Source of the DNA: a virus
Strand: one strand, 5' to 3'
IMG/VR virus record: IMGVR_UViG_3300035034_001213
Location: 1-64,000 of that record
Length of the DNA stretch: 64,000 nt
A program made the position numbers and the translations under genes. Within the stretch, counting starts at the first letter, position 1. Every line of letters starts with the position of its first letter. Positions 8,896 to 19,755 of this stretch are shown piece after piece. The notes beneath the pieces are model-generated. The model was not told the DNA's origin. It searched no databases and worked only from the letters and a program-made list of their open reading frames with translations.

Positions 8896-10851
8896 ATGCA
8901 ATACAACCAGCAACCCTTACCTGTATCTGCAGAACAATTGCAGTGCCGGTTCGTGCAGGGGAATCAACTTCCGCCTCTGCCGAACGTCCAGGAAGTGGGG
9001 CAGGTATCACAACAAGAAGCCTACAATCTCCATGGTGAGTTGATCAATCTCCTTCAAGCGGGGACTCAGAAAGGTCCGATTCGGGTCTTCTTGTTCAACC
9101 TCTATGGTCAGAATGGATTTGTGAACCAAGGGTACACCGATCTGTATGGCTTTGCGATTGAGTATTACCTGTTCCTACGTGCGTCTGGGCAACCCGATAT
9201 TCAGCGGGCCGTAGACGACACCGTCAAGTGCGACATTCCTCGGATAATGGCGCAATACCCAGCATTGCAAGGGCTCTTGAACCAACAGCAGATAAACGAT
9301 CTCAATCAGTTCGTCCAGCTGTCTCAAGCGATCTCTCAGCACATGCAGGCGTTCTACAGCCAACAGATGAATAACCAGAACGCTGGACCTCCTCAATGGG
9401 GCGGTCAGTCAAACACGATGAACTCAAACCAGGGACATCGTCCTGGTCCGGCCATGCAGTTTGGCAGTGGTGGTTTTACGGGACACGGCAATACGAATAT
9501 GGCGCCTGGTGGTGGTGGCGGTCGTCCAGGTGCTGGCGCTTGGTCACAGCCCAACCAACCGATCCAACAAACCACGCGACGTCCCGGTATGAGTGGTCCA
9601 AACGCTGGAAGTATGTTGACTCAGCCGAATGGACCTACGGGTTCGCCCGGCGGTTCTCGCCGTCCCGCTGTAGGCAGTCCAGCAACATCCAGCCTGAATA
9701 CCAACCCAGGGGTTATACCAGGTGCAGAACAAAAGGGAGATGACATGAGAGTTGTTACAGAAGAGAATCGCCAAATTGGTCATCTGAGCGCCGTTGCTGA
9801 GGTAAGAAACCCCACACCTCCCATCGACCGAGAAGTTGAACTAATCTCTTCTGAATACATCCCGGCCCGCACCAAGTCTCAACGGATCGTCAAGGGCGAG
9901 AAGAAAGGTAGAGCCGAATACAAACTTGTCGAGATTGAAGGAAGCCAAATGGAATACAGCGATCACGAAACCAACCCCGACCTGATAGAACTGTCGAGAA
10001 AACAAAAGACAGGACCTAAGGTTGGCCCTATACCCTCATGGGAAGGTATCTCAATGCCAAGCGAAATCAGCAAAGACGACACACCTGAAAACGTCGACAT
10101 CTTGTCAGTAGACGAGCCGCTGTATCTTAAAGAGACAGTAACCTCGTATTCAGTAATGCACGGCCGGTCTCTGGCGATGGAACAATACGACCGACTGAAT
10201 CTGAGCGGCGACGAACGAATGATCGAGTATTACATCGATCTTCTGACCCCCATCGGCGACAAGTCCCTGGCGGAAAACATTCAGAAGCTACGTGAGACAG
10301 TCACCCTGACTGAGCTGGTGGATGTTTTCAATCTTATGGCTAAAGAAATCGACGCGCGTGTGTGGTACCGTCTGCACGATTTGCTCACCGACGTGCTGCT
10401 GCGTCGCCTTCGCGGCGGCCTTGGCATGCGGATCAACGTCGATTCAATTACGGACGACTACGATGATCTGATGGACATGCTGGCTAAAGACTATCACACC
10501 AACGCGGTGGACCGGTTCAAGCGAAACACCCACATCGCCATCCTGAAAACTTTGAACATGCGTGAGAAAAACAACACGCTTCTTCTGAGCGAGACAATCA
10601 GCGTTACCGAACTTCCTTGGACCAGCAATCACATCGAGTTGGTTATGGAAGCAAAGTACGTCATGTTGAGTAAAGGAGTTAACGATCAGATGACAGCGGC
10701 TATGCTGAAACTGTTCGAGCGGACAAACGTCAAAGAGTGTAACATGTCTAGGCGTTACGTCGTCACCTTGGACAACGTAGTGATCGAACTGCATCCTGGT
10801 GATATGGGAACCAGCACGTTGCTGATTTCCAAAGGCAATCTTTGCTGCTAA
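8896..10851 (+). CDS. Large phiKZ-like protein with central Q/G/P/N-rich low-complexity region
   Basis: 651 aa, AGGAG RBS, apparently folded N- and C-terminal parts separated by a low-complexity linker. Confidence 0.7.
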   Translation: MQYNQQPLPVSAEQLQCRFVQGNQLPPLPNVQEVGQVSQQEAYNLHGELINLLQAGTQKGPIRVFLFNLYGQNGFVNQGYTDLYGFAIEYYLFLRASGQPDIQRAVDDTVKCDIPRIMAQYPALQGLLNQQQINDLNQFVQLSQAISQHMQAFYSQQMNNQNAGPPQWGGQSNTMNSNQGHRPGPAMQFGSGGFTGHGNTNMAPGGGGGRPGAGAWSQPNQPIQQTTRRPGMSGPNAGSMLTQPNGPTGSPGGSRRPAVGSPATSSLNTNPGVIPGAEQKGDDMRVVTEENRQIGHLSAVAEVRNPTPPIDREVELISSEYIPARTKSQRIVKGEKKGRAEYKLVEIEGSQMEYSDHETNPDLIELSRKQKTGPKVGPIPSWEGISMPSEISKDDTPENVDILSVDEPLYLKETVTSYSVMHGRSLAMEQYDRLNLSGDERMIEYYIDLLTPIGDKSLAENIQKLRETVTLTELVDVFNLMAKEIDARVWYRLHDLLTDVLLRRLRGGLGMRINVDSITDDYDDLMDMLAKDYHTNAVDRFKRNTHIAILKTLNMREKNNTLLLSETISVTELPWTSNHIELVMEAKYVMLSKGVNDQMTAAMLKLFERTNVKECNMSRRYVVTLDNVVIELHPGDMGTSTLLISKGNLCC

Positions 10852-10863
10852 CGCGGTATAACT

Positions 10864-10894
10864 GAGGAGGGGCTTCGGCTCCTCCTCTTTTTTT
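10864..10894 (+). terminator. Terminator hairpin
   Basis: GAGGAGGGGC-TTCG-GCTCCTCCTC followed by a T-run. Confidence 0.85.
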
Positions 10895-10938
10895 GTTTAC
10901 GCTTATACATCATCCCATGACACGAGATAACTAATGGG

Positions 10939-11319
10939 TTGAGTATGAGTAATTACATAGGCAACGTAGCCATTGTGCTCGGAGACCACGACACAGACGC
11001 TATTAAGACCCACCTGCGACGTAACTACGGTTTAGAGGTGGATACCGTGCAGCATGTAGCGCCTGATGCGCCCTACCGAGGAGAAATCCGAACTGAAGGC
11101 AATACCTTGCTCCATGTAGCCACTGAGATCACCCTCAAGAAGGAGTTGTACGAGTTGAAGTACATTGACTCAACCTTACCCTTAGAGGCCGTAGAGCTTA
11201 CGAGAGAGGCTCTCAGGAGGTCTAACCTAATTCTGGTTTTAATGAAAGACGACGAAGGCAGTCTGTGGTATTATCTATACAGCAACTCGTTGTATTCAGA
11301 AGAGGAGGATTACTACTAA
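10939..11319 (+). CDS. Hypothetical protein
   Basis: 126-aa ORF, TAATG-coupled to the next gene. Confidence 0.55.
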   Translation: MSMSNYIGNVAIVLGDHDTDAIKTHLRRNYGLEVDTVQHVAPDAPYRGEIRTEGNTLLHVATEITLKKELYELKYIDSTLPLEAVELTREALRRSNLILVLMKDDEGSLWYYLYSNSLYSEEEDYY

Positions 11320-11816
11320 TGACGTTTCGTGTCTTTTATCTCACCTTGCACCCCACTAACCAACCCAGTGGGACAGCCCTCTTTAAACTGACTGACCCAG
11401 AGATGGCTCGGTTGGTATTTCCATCGCCTAAGGAATCCTTGTCTAAGCTGGAATTACAAACTCGATTCGATGGTCTGATTTCCGCAGCTCGGGCGTTAGA
11501 CGTCGACGTTGTCGTTGCTAATCCCCCAGAAGAATATCGGGAGATGTTTGAGTTGAGTATGGCGGCTGCGGGTTTGATTGTGGTCTATGAAGATCATCAA
11601 ATCCTCAAAGACGGTACCTTATTTAAAGTGGGGTATCGACTGGCGTCTGTTGTTCCTGGTTCACCCCCCACCCCTAAGTTGGAAAATCTGTACGACGATT
11701 GGATCAACACCGTCTACAGCAAACTCACCGAACAGAACTTAGTAAAGGTCGTCGACCCATGGCAAACATACCTGCATCAGAAATTGCGAGAAATGTATCA
11801 GCCCCCACTACACTGA
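11319..11816 (+). CDS. Hypothetical protein
   Basis: GAGGAGG RBS, TAATG overlap start. Confidence 0.6.
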   Translation: MTFRVFYLTLHPTNQPSGTALFKLTDPEMARLVFPSPKESLSKLELQTRFDGLISAARALDVDVVVANPPEEYREMFELSMAAAGLIVVYEDHQILKDGTLFKVGYRLASVVPGSPPTPKLENLYDDWINTVYSKLTEQNLVKVVDPWQTYLHQKLREMYQPPLH

Positions 11817-11830
11817 ACGGAACTACCTTT

Positions 11831-12127
11831 ATGCCGGTGGTGGTTTTACTCCACGTCATCTGTGACAACGTTCTTATCCGTCAACTCAAAGCGCAGTTGA
11901 GCGCCGAGAACACCGTCCGTCTTGTTCAAGAAGACGACCAAGTTGTTTCTGAACTGGTTTATTTTGTCAACGGGACTCTGAGCAATTTCAATTGGGATTA
12001 CGTTCAGCTGATCGGTTCTGATGGAAGTCCTCTGAAACACATCGGTAACCCACAGCGACTTAGAGAAGGGTGCGGACATCCCCGTTTAAAGGCCCGCTTG
12101 TTAACTTACTTCCGACCCGCCATATAA
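11831..12127 (+). CDS. Hypothetical protein
   Basis: Operon-like packing; start estimated at ATG 11831. Confidence 0.45.
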   Translation: MPVVVLLHVICDNVLIRQLKAQLSAENTVRLVQEDDQVVSELVYFVNGTLSNFNWDYVQLIGSDGSPLKHIGNPQRLREGCGHPRLKARLLTYFRPAI

Positions 12128-12136
12128 GGAAAGCGT

Positions 12137-12532
12137 ATGACTGCGTTGATTAGAATGTACATTATTCACGCTGATCGCCCTACCGATGAGGTTAAACGCC
12201 GCCTGTTTCAGCAAAGTGGCTTCTACCCAGATAGGACCTATCAAATCTCAGATCAGAACAACGAACCGCCAACGCCATCACTGTGTCGATCGATCATGAG
12301 ACAACACCTCGAGAAACGACACATTTTGATCCACAATAAAGACGTACCGACAAACCTTGGATCGCTTACTCTTAAGGAAGTTCACCAATTGATTCGATAT
12401 TCCTTTGGGTACAAGAACATTCCAAAGGAGCTGTTTCACTCAGATCACGTCGAGTTGATTGACGTAGGTCACGTCGATGGTCGCCTGCACGATTGTCGAG
12501 AATTCTATAGCAGTAACGTCAAGTCTGAATAA
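12137..12532 (+). CDS. Hypothetical protein
   Basis: AAGGA RBS; ends at the terminator. Confidence 0.55.
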   Translation: MTALIRMYIIHADRPTDEVKRRLFQQSGFYPDRTYQISDQNNEPPTPSLCRSIMRQHLEKRHILIHNKDVPTNLGSLTLKEVHQLIRYSFGYKNIPKELFHSDHVELIDVGHVDGRLHDCREFYSSNVKSE

Positions 12533-12567
12533 GAGGAGGCCAGAAGGCCTCCTCTATATTTTTTTTT
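12528..12567. terminator. Bidirectional terminator between convergent genes
   Basis: AGAGGAGGCC-AGAA-GGCCTCCTCT with T-runs. Confidence 0.85.
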
Positions 12568-12570
12568 GCT

Positions 12571-13401
12571 TTAATTGTAAACAAAAACCAGTCGACCAGC
12601 GTACGCCGTACACTCTTCTGACAGTTCAATCACACACACATACGCGTAGGTGTGATCGCCCGTGTAGTAGACGCCGTCGTTCGCTCCGTTATAACTAACG
12701 ACCGATCCAGCCAGGTTATTGTCCCCTGGAGTTTGAAGGTCAACATACCAGTAAGGTCGCCGGTTCAAAGTAGGAATGTACTCCCCTTCAACACCGTCGG
12801 CCCCTATCACGTCGCCTACTTCGAGTGCCGCCAGCTTATCCTTTACGTCCGTGGCGTGTATCGATCCAAATCGTATCTCCGCCACCGCTCGGGTGGTATC
12901 CAACGACGCCGGATACACCAAGTCTGTGTAGGTTCCTGACACGATCACTGTATCTAACTCAGCCGGTGGAGTCAGCAGATCAACATAGAGCTGCCCCGTC
13001 CACATCAAAGACTCAGGTCGAGTCCGGATTGCGATCGGACCGATGTACCCAATGGAAAACGATTCATCGTGAACGTCGTCCTCTGTAAGAGCCAGTCGAT
13101 ACTTGGCGTTCAGCGCAGGAAGCAGTTCGTGAACCGACGCCGTCAGTGGTGCTGAGACCTGCATCTCAATGCCCGCTGTCAACGATCCAATGTCCTGACG
13201 CCTCACTCGAATCTGAGTGGACCCACTAAATCGATCTGGATCGCTGGACTGAACGGTCACCAAAACGTCGTTGCTTCCAGTGATGGTGTCTACAGGACCA
13301 AAAATCAGATCGGTAGCCGAAAAGGCCAGTCCTAACTTGAGATTGAGCTGTCTAGTTAGGTAGGCCTCTGCCTTTTGTTGATAAGGAAAGATGTTAGACA
13401 T
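12571..13401 (-). CDS. Virion structural protein (tail/baseplate-associated)
   Basis: RRQDIG and LLPALNAKYRLALTEDDV resemble phiKZ-type tail-associated N-terminal domains; coupled to the gp128-like gene. Confidence 0.6.
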   Translation of the reverse strand: MSNIFPYQQKAEAYLTRQLNLKLGLAFSATDLIFGPVDTITGSNDVLVTVQSSDPDRFSGSTQIRVRRQDIGSLTAGIEMQVSAPLTASVHELLPALNAKYRLALTEDDVHDESFSIGYIGPIAIRTRPESLMWTGQLYVDLLTPPAELDTVIVSGTYTDLVYPASLDTTRAVAEIRFGSIHATDVKDKLAALEVGDVIGADGVEGEYIPTLNRRPYWYVDLQTPGDNNLAGSVVSYNGANDGVYYTGDHTYAYVCVIELSEECTAYAGRLVFVYN

Positions 13402-15481
13402 TACTTGCGTCCTGTCGGATTACACCCGCGCCTTTAATGTTCACGTTGAAGTGAGCCACCACGTTTTGGGTCATCTCAATAGTTGTACCCAAATCAATAG
13501 TGGCTTTTCCAAGTCCTTTAGAGGCACTGAGTCGGATGGGTCGTACCCCAGCCCGCCGGTCGAAATTGCTACGGTGAGTTTTCATGGCGGTGGTGATAGG
13601 TTGCACTCGATGGATGTCGACTGGGAATCCCGTACGAGACGTGGAATCTAAGTCCGATACCCTCGGCATAACCGTATCCAAGATACGATACGACGTACTG
13701 TTGATGCTTTGTAAATACTGAACGCTGTAGCTTGAGAGTCTACCCATCAGATCCAACATAGATTCCTGAAGTTGAGCGAGAGCACTGGCGTTTCCTATTT
13801 CTTCACCAGTGACGCCCGTCAGGATGTTGTTAGCCAACAGATCCAGATCCAAGCTGCCCAATTGAGAGAAATCAAATCCCCGCTCTTGAAACCAAACGTC
13901 GTACGGTGTTCCTGCGTCCAGATCGCACGGCACGTCGTAGTAACAAAAGCTTGCAGCCCCTTCCGCCATACCTCGTGAGGGATGGTCTTCTGGGATTGCA
14001 TACATTCCCCGCTGGTAGTTCTGAGCGTATTGCAAGTCACTGCAGAATTCCCGAAACGCAGAGATAGACACGTACACCCCCATGGCTGGTTGGAACTCCA
14101 GCAGTTTGGCGAGGTAGACGTCGTTCAACCGATCGGAGTTAACCAGAACCCTTAGATCCTGAACCGTCGGTAGAATGGGTTTACGAACCCGGTTGGCCAT
14201 CAGCATTGGGATGGTAGGGAGGTCAAACCCACGAGCCTTGTTAAAGGCGTATAGGAAGATCACAAACGCTTCTTTCGCAGTGAGCGGTAGGGCAACCCCA
14301 GTGGTTGGATCGGAGACGTTCACAACCGCTAAGAAGCGATTGGTGGACGCCATGTACAACCAATGATTCAACAGAATGTCTTCCTTGGTGTAAGGCACGC
14401 TGTCGGTGGTGTCCAACAGAGCCGATTCAAACACCTTAGTGGGCAATCGATTGATCTGTGAGTGTTGCATAGTCCGAACCACGTCGTCTAGAACTTCATA
14501 GTGACGATCGTAGTTTGACCGAGCAACCCCGTACTGTTTGGTCATGACCTCGTCAACGGTCCGGCGATTACTGCTGCCGTCGCCTGGATGGTCATTCAAC
14601 GACTCGCGCCGCATTTCAATCTCTGGGTACAGCGTCTCCAGCTGTTCGAAATCGTCGTGCAGCATGTCGTACCGAGCCAACGGAAGGTTACGTTCGTTGA
14701 TGATCCGTTCAAGTAGGGTGTTGAACGTCTGCTGCATCCCAGCGTTGCGTTGCAGGTAGTTGATGTTCCGATACAAGAACAGTGCCTGCTTCAAAGTCAT
14801 CTGAGGCAGGTAGACGTCCAGTCCACCATGACTGGCCAAATATTCTCGGATGTGGAAACTGTGCGCTTCTTCAGTCAGACACGCTTCCAGCCGCAGGTTT
14901 AGAATCTCAACCGGTAAGTTGACAAACAAGATGCCCATTTGCGCAGCGGTGTAGTAGTCGTCTGTGACGCCGTACCCAGGCACTGTCCAACGAGACATGA
15001 ACGCATGCACCCAGCGCTGCAGTTTTGGAATGAGGCTCATTTCCTGAGATTCAACCAGCAGTTTGTCATAATGCAATATGTCGCCGTCTCTGGCAGCGAT
15101 CGCTGCGTCCAAGTCCACGGGGTTGAGAATCCCGAGGATTAAAGATTCTTGTTCAGGATAGCGGGCAACCAAGTCACGATAGTATCGAGAACCGTACACG
15201 TAGGCGTTGGCAGTGGCTCGATAAACTTGAAGGTTTTCTCGAGTAAACTCGATCTCCTCCAACGTGTCCATAGAGATAACTGTCATCATCGTATCTGTAG
15301 GATGATACAGCCCTGCTAAATTCCTATAGTACTTCCACGTTCGTGGATCGCTACTTGAAGCATTGCCAAACACTTCCAGTTCGGCGTTGATGGTTTCGGC
15401 AGCGACTTCAGACTTAATCACCATCGTTTTGGCCAGGGTCATTACCTGACTCACAAAGATACGATAGTAAGTGCTAGACAT
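13394..15481 (-). CDS. Virion structural protein (phiKZ gp128-like, baseplate-associated)
   Basis: WKYYRNLAGLYHPTD, HSFHIREYLASH and LSSYSVQ motifs; head-to-head with the portal gene. Confidence 0.72.
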   Translation of the reverse strand: MSSTYYRIFVSQVMTLAKTMVIKSEVAAETINAELEVFGNASSSDPRTWKYYRNLAGLYHPTDTMMTVISMDTLEEIEFTRENLQVYRATANAYVYGSRYYRDLVARYPEQESLILGILNPVDLDAAIAARDGDILHYDKLLVESQEMSLIPKLQRWVHAFMSRWTVPGYGVTDDYYTAAQMGILFVNLPVEILNLRLEACLTEEAHSFHIREYLASHGGLDVYLPQMTLKQALFLYRNINYLQRNAGMQQTFNTLLERIINERNLPLARYDMLHDDFEQLETLYPEIEMRRESLNDHPGDGSSNRRTVDEVMTKQYGVARSNYDRHYEVLDDVVRTMQHSQINRLPTKVFESALLDTTDSVPYTKEDILLNHWLYMASTNRFLAVVNVSDPTTGVALPLTAKEAFVIFLYAFNKARGFDLPTIPMLMANRVRKPILPTVQDLRVLVNSDRLNDVYLAKLLEFQPAMGVYVSISAFREFCSDLQYAQNYQRGMYAIPEDHPSRGMAEGAASFCYYDVPCDLDAGTPYDVWFQERGFDFSQLGSLDLDLLANNILTGVTGEEIGNASALAQLQESMLDLMGRLSSYSVQYLQSINSTSYRILDTVMPRVSDLDSTSRTGFPVDIHRVQPITTAMKTHRSNFDRRAGVRPIRLSASKGLGKATIDLGTTIEMTQNVVAHFNVNIKGAGVIRQDASNV

Positions 15482-15507
15482 GACAACTCTCCGGAGGATG
15501 GGGTTTT

Positions 15508-18198
15508 ATGGAGAAAAATGATAAACAACGCCGGGTCGACTTCGACTCGCGCGCCAAGCGTCAGCATGCGGTGGTCAGTAAGATTGTTACTGATAAGACC
15601 CGGGCGCAAGGATACGATGGAGAAGGTAATCGCAAGCCGATTACGCCACCACGTTCAGTACTAAACGCGGTTTCCGATAGAACTGCGAGTGTGACCCGAG
15701 ACATCGAGTCAATGGAACAGTTGCTTCCGGACATTGAGCTTGCCGCTCAGATTCTGGTCAGTAGCATTCTGTCACCCAAAGACATGGGTGCACCAAACCT
15801 GAACTTCACCTACACGACAACCTTTGAAAACGAAGACTTGGGCGGCAAACTGTTGAAGGTGGTCTCTGACTACTTCACAGAGGACTATAGGATTAACGAG
15901 CAGCTGTCGGAAATTCTACACGACATTTTGTTCCGTAAAGGGTCCTATCCTCGCATGATCATTCCCGAATCCAGTCTCGATCAGATCATCAACGATCGCG
16001 GTCGAGTTTCAATGGAGTCTATCCGGCCGTTTGTTAACGCAGACGACATGTCGGTTTCGAACTTGGGACTTCTTGGTGACTCCACCAAACAAGGTCGGGA
16101 GAAGACGGTCGGCAAAGACGACTCCAAGCTCAGTATGGAATCTTTGTTTGGAACAATCCACGGTACTGGGAGAAACGTTCCCAAGTACAGCGCGATCATG
16201 AGTACTATCACAGTGATCGACAACCCCGATGCGGTTAAGATGCCGAATCTCTATCGAAAGATCAGCAGCGATAAAACAACCAGTACGCTGGCCAGTCGCT
16301 TCATGACGCTCGAAGCCCGTCGTAAAGACGAGAAAGAGAAGAAGCAGAAGAAACGCAACGAACAAGCGCGGGAAAAAGCGATCGACTACGGAAAAAACGA
16401 CCGAGCCATCGAGCGAAACATGGATAGCGGTCGTGCTCACGAAATGGAACCGGTGGTTGAATTGAGAACCAAGTACAACTCAGATCGGGAAATGATTGGT
16501 CACCCGATGGTGGTGCATCTGTCTACCGAAGCAGTCATCCCAGCCCACATCCCATCGAACCCAAAAGAACACATTGGGTACTTCGTGTTGTTGGATCAGT
16601 TTGGCAATCCCATCAGTACTTCTACTGCCACAGACCACTACCGCGATTTGCAAGCCTCGTTTCAAAGCACCGGTCAAGAAAATCAAGTAACGGCTGTGTT
16701 GAAAGAACTGCGTGGTAATGCCGATCTCGGTGACGGTGGGCAGTCTACGGTTCAGTCCATTCACGAAGCAACCACCGCGTTCGCTGATGTGATTGAGCGG
16801 AACCTCTTGGATCGGATGCGCAAAGGCATGGGTCACGACTCCATTGAGTTGGCTCGTCCTAATGACGTGTATCAGATCATGTTGTGGCGGACCATGCAGC
16901 GTAAGCACACGCAGATGTTGTATGTGCCTGCGGAACTGATGTCCTACATGGCTTTCTACTACAACAACCAAGGGGTGGGTAAGTCCCTGCTGGAAGAGTC
17001 TCGCATTCTGGGCAGTATTCGAGTGATGCTGATGTTTGCCAACACCATGGCATCGATCCGTAACTCCACGTCTCGTACCGAGTTGGGCATTCAGTTAGAT
17101 CCGAACGATACCGATCCCATGAGCACGATCGATCAAGTGCGCGACGCGTTCATGCGGTCCCGGTCGGAACAGTACCCTTTAGGCGAGGGCGATCCGGCGG
17201 CGGTTGTCAAGTACTTGCAACAGTCGGGGGTAGATGTGGTCTACTCAGGTCACCCGGGTTTGCCAGAGATGCGGGTTGAGACCAATGAACGATCACCCGG
17301 TAAGGTGTTGATGGATCGAGACCTGGAAGAGAACCTAAGACATCAGCACATCATGTCCTTGGGCCTTTCTCCTGAGACGGTCGACACCAGCACGGGGATT
17401 GACTTTGCGACCACTTTGGTCAACTCAAGTCTTCTGTTGTCAAAACGAGTCGCGTTGTATCAGCGCGGGTTTGAAGACATGCAGAACGACTTCGTTCGTA
17501 AGTACACGCAGAACTCCGAGACTCTGATCACCAAACTGTTGGCGGCGATCGACGAACATGGCGACGCCGATGCGAAGAACGAACCCATGGACACGGTGGA
17601 TGCGTTCATTGCGGCAATGGATGTGGAGTTGCCGAAGCCAGACTCTGCAACCTTGGAAACTCAGATGGAGTCTTTCCGCTCGTACAGCGATGCGTTGGAC
17701 ATGGCGATGGATGCGTGGATCTCTGACGAGTTTGCCATCTTGGATGCCGAAGGTGATGTGGCTCAGTATCTGCGGGAAATGCGTTCGGCGGTGAAAGCGC
17801 ATTACCAGCGTCGTTGGCTGCGTGAGAACAACGTCTTACCAGAACTCGAAGAGATCACCGAGATGACCGAAGGCGGTGATGCGGTGTACAACTTCGCTGA
17901 GTCGCAAGGCAAACACATGGAAGCAGTCTTGAAGTCCATGCACGACTATCTGGAGAAAGCCAAGACAGCAGCTACCAAGCGGAACGAAAAGCTCGACGAC
18001 CAGCAGAAAGAACTCGGCGAACACGCACCGGGCGCTGACGGCATGAGCAGCAGTGGTGGCTTTGGTGACGACTCTGGGGGCTTTGGTGAAGATACATCAG
18101 ACGACTCTGCAGGATTCGGTGAAGAACCAGCTGCGGACGATGCGAGTGGATCGGACGACGGACTGGGCGACTTCGGAGACTTCCCAGATATCCCATAA
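15508..18198 (+). CDS. Portal protein (phiKZ gp129-like)
   Basis: 896 aa, LLPDIELAAQILVSSILSP, HIGYFVLLDQFGNP, internal SMES sites, acidic tail, synteny. Confidence 0.8.
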   Translation: MEKNDKQRRVDFDSRAKRQHAVVSKIVTDKTRAQGYDGEGNRKPITPPRSVLNAVSDRTASVTRDIESMEQLLPDIELAAQILVSSILSPKDMGAPNLNFTYTTTFENEDLGGKLLKVVSDYFTEDYRINEQLSEILHDILFRKGSYPRMIIPESSLDQIINDRGRVSMESIRPFVNADDMSVSNLGLLGDSTKQGREKTVGKDDSKLSMESLFGTIHGTGRNVPKYSAIMSTITVIDNPDAVKMPNLYRKISSDKTTSTLASRFMTLEARRKDEKEKKQKKRNEQAREKAIDYGKNDRAIERNMDSGRAHEMEPVVELRTKYNSDREMIGHPMVVHLSTEAVIPAHIPSNPKEHIGYFVLLDQFGNPISTSTATDHYRDLQASFQSTGQENQVTAVLKELRGNADLGDGGQSTVQSIHEATTAFADVIERNLLDRMRKGMGHDSIELARPNDVYQIMLWRTMQRKHTQMLYVPAELMSYMAFYYNNQGVGKSLLEESRILGSIRVMLMFANTMASIRNSTSRTELGIQLDPNDTDPMSTIDQVRDAFMRSRSEQYPLGEGDPAAVVKYLQQSGVDVVYSGHPGLPEMRVETNERSPGKVLMDRDLEENLRHQHIMSLGLSPETVDTSTGIDFATTLVNSSLLLSKRVALYQRGFEDMQNDFVRKYTQNSETLITKLLAAIDEHGDADAKNEPMDTVDAFIAAMDVELPKPDSATLETQMESFRSYSDALDMAMDAWISDEFAILDAEGDVAQYLREMRSAVKAHYQRRWLRENNVLPELEEITEMTEGGDAVYNFAESQGKHMEAVLKSMHDYLEKAKTAATKRNEKLDDQQKELGEHAPGADGMSSSGGFGDDSGGFGEDTSDDSAGFGEEPAADDASGSDDGLGDFGDFPDIP

Positions 18199-18209
18199 GC
18201 GTTAACGTG

Positions 18210-18250
18210 AAAGGCAGGGTCGAATGTTATGATCCTGCCTTTCTTTTCTC
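18210..18250 (+). terminator. Hairpin between portal and next gene (contains TATG)
   Basis: GAAAGGCAGG...CCTGCCTTTC plus T-rich tail; TATG at 18228-18231. Confidence 0.5.
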
Positions 18251-18274
18251 TTTTTCAGTAAGGAACACTCACCT

Positions 18275-19126
18275 ATGCGTAATGTAACACGTACCGTGTA
18301 CGGGGCGGCGATGCAGACCGCGATGTACATCGGCAAGTCGTATCAAGTTCAGGAAAACAGCACCCTGAACGAGAAGTTTGGTATTCAGGCGAATACCTTA
18401 CCCAGCGCCGAAGAACGCCACGCGGTCCGTTACTTTTGTATCGGTAATGGCGGTCACCGAGCCATCGTTGGTGCGGAAGGTCTCTCGTACACAACCCCCA
18501 ATCACCACGAAGCCACTGACGCGGCGTGTTTCAATCATTTGCCGTTTGTGCTTCGGGAAGTCACTGACGATTTGACCCAAGAACAGCGGGCGAAATACGG
18601 CCTGCGCCGGGAAGAGCAACACAACGGTCGTCAGTACTTTGCTTACTACGGTAAACGCCTGACACTGGACGCCGTTGAAGTGAACATGCAAAAGACTACG
18701 GTGGATGGGAACAATCAGACCTCCGAGCCTTTTGTACCGACCTCGTCTAACCTGAACCCTGAGCCCCTCGCAGGTACAGATCAGGAAACCAACGTCATTG
18801 AAGCTTCGGGCGAATACGTGTCGGGCAGTGCGGTCGTGACGATTGATTTCACAGCCGCCGATGCAGAAGAGCTGCGGAACGTGGCTTTGATCGTCTACGG
18901 CGACGAGAAGTACGCGGTCATTTCTGAGATAGCTCTGGTAGGTGGTGTGGATCGTGTAGTCACAGGCCCAGGCCCAGGCAACAACACCATTAACTACAAT
19001 GAAGTCATTTCCGCTCAGGCGACCACCTTCATTGCGTCTTACTATCAATTGGACATGCAGAACAACGGCTTCACCTTCACCGCAGACGTGGGTGTGACGG
19101 AACCTCTGTACGCCATCAGCGAGTAA
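18275..19126 (+). CDS. Virion structural protein (phiKZ gp130-like)
   Basis: STLNEKFGI, YFCIGNGGH, HLPFVLR and AVISEIALVGGVDR; synteny. Confidence 0.72.
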   Translation: MRNVTRTVYGAAMQTAMYIGKSYQVQENSTLNEKFGIQANTLPSAEERHAVRYFCIGNGGHRAIVGAEGLSYTTPNHHEATDAACFNHLPFVLREVTDDLTQEQRAKYGLRREEQHNGRQYFAYYGKRLTLDAVEVNMQKTTVDGNNQTSEPFVPTSSNLNPEPLAGTDQETNVIEASGEYVSGSAVVTIDFTAADAEELRNVALIVYGDEKYAVISEIALVGGVDRVVTGPGPGNNTINYNEVISAQATTFIASYYQLDMQNNGFTFTADVGVTEPLYAISE

Positions 19127-19131
19127 CGCGT

Positions 19132-19737
19132 ATGTTGATCGTACCCGACAGTGATGATCGGTTACGCATCGTCAGTTTTGATCCTGGCACCGACACCTTA
19201 GGCAGTAGTGTTTTAGAACTGAACGTTCGAACACTGCAGTTGACGGTGTTGGATGCTCAGACATTTGTGTCACGTCGTCCGATTCGATATCGCCCTGGAT
19301 ATCAACGAATCGAAGAGATCTACGGCGACCGGCTTGCACGGTTGTCCAGTCATCGACAGGCCGTGATGGGCCACTTGCATCGTTGGCAGCCTCATGTCGT
19401 TGCGTGTGAATCTCCGTTCATGGGGATGCGCGCTCAAGCGTTTGAGGCATTGATCGAATGCGTCAACGTGATACGCTGGGCGGTGCATGACTTTGACCCG
19501 ACGGTTCCTGTAGAAATGATCACTCCACCTCAGGCTAAGAAAACGGTGGGGGCGTCTTTTAAAGGGTCCGATAAAAACGACGTTCGATTAGGTATACAAA
19601 GTCTCTTCGAGAAATCCAACGGACAACTGGTCTATCGGGCGTACCAGCCCTTTGATCAAATCGACGAGCACAGCATCGATGCAATCGCTGTTGGTGTCTG
19701 TCATTACCAACAGTGGGTCGAGTTCCTCACCCACTGA
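19132..19737 (+). CDS. RuvC-like Holliday junction resolvase
   Basis: IVSFDPGT, VACESPF, PPQAKK and EHSIDAIAVG carry RNase H-fold catalytic residues. Confidence 0.8.
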   Translation: MLIVPDSDDRLRIVSFDPGTDTLGSSVLELNVRTLQLTVLDAQTFVSRRPIRYRPGYQRIEEIYGDRLARLSSHRQAVMGHLHRWQPHVVACESPFMGMRAQAFEALIECVNVIRWAVHDFDPTVPVEMITPPQAKKTVGASFKGSDKNDVRLGIQSLFEKSNGQLVYRAYQPFDQIDEHSIDAIAVGVCHYQQWVEFLTH

Positions 19738-19755
19738 TTTAATCAGGGGGTACCG

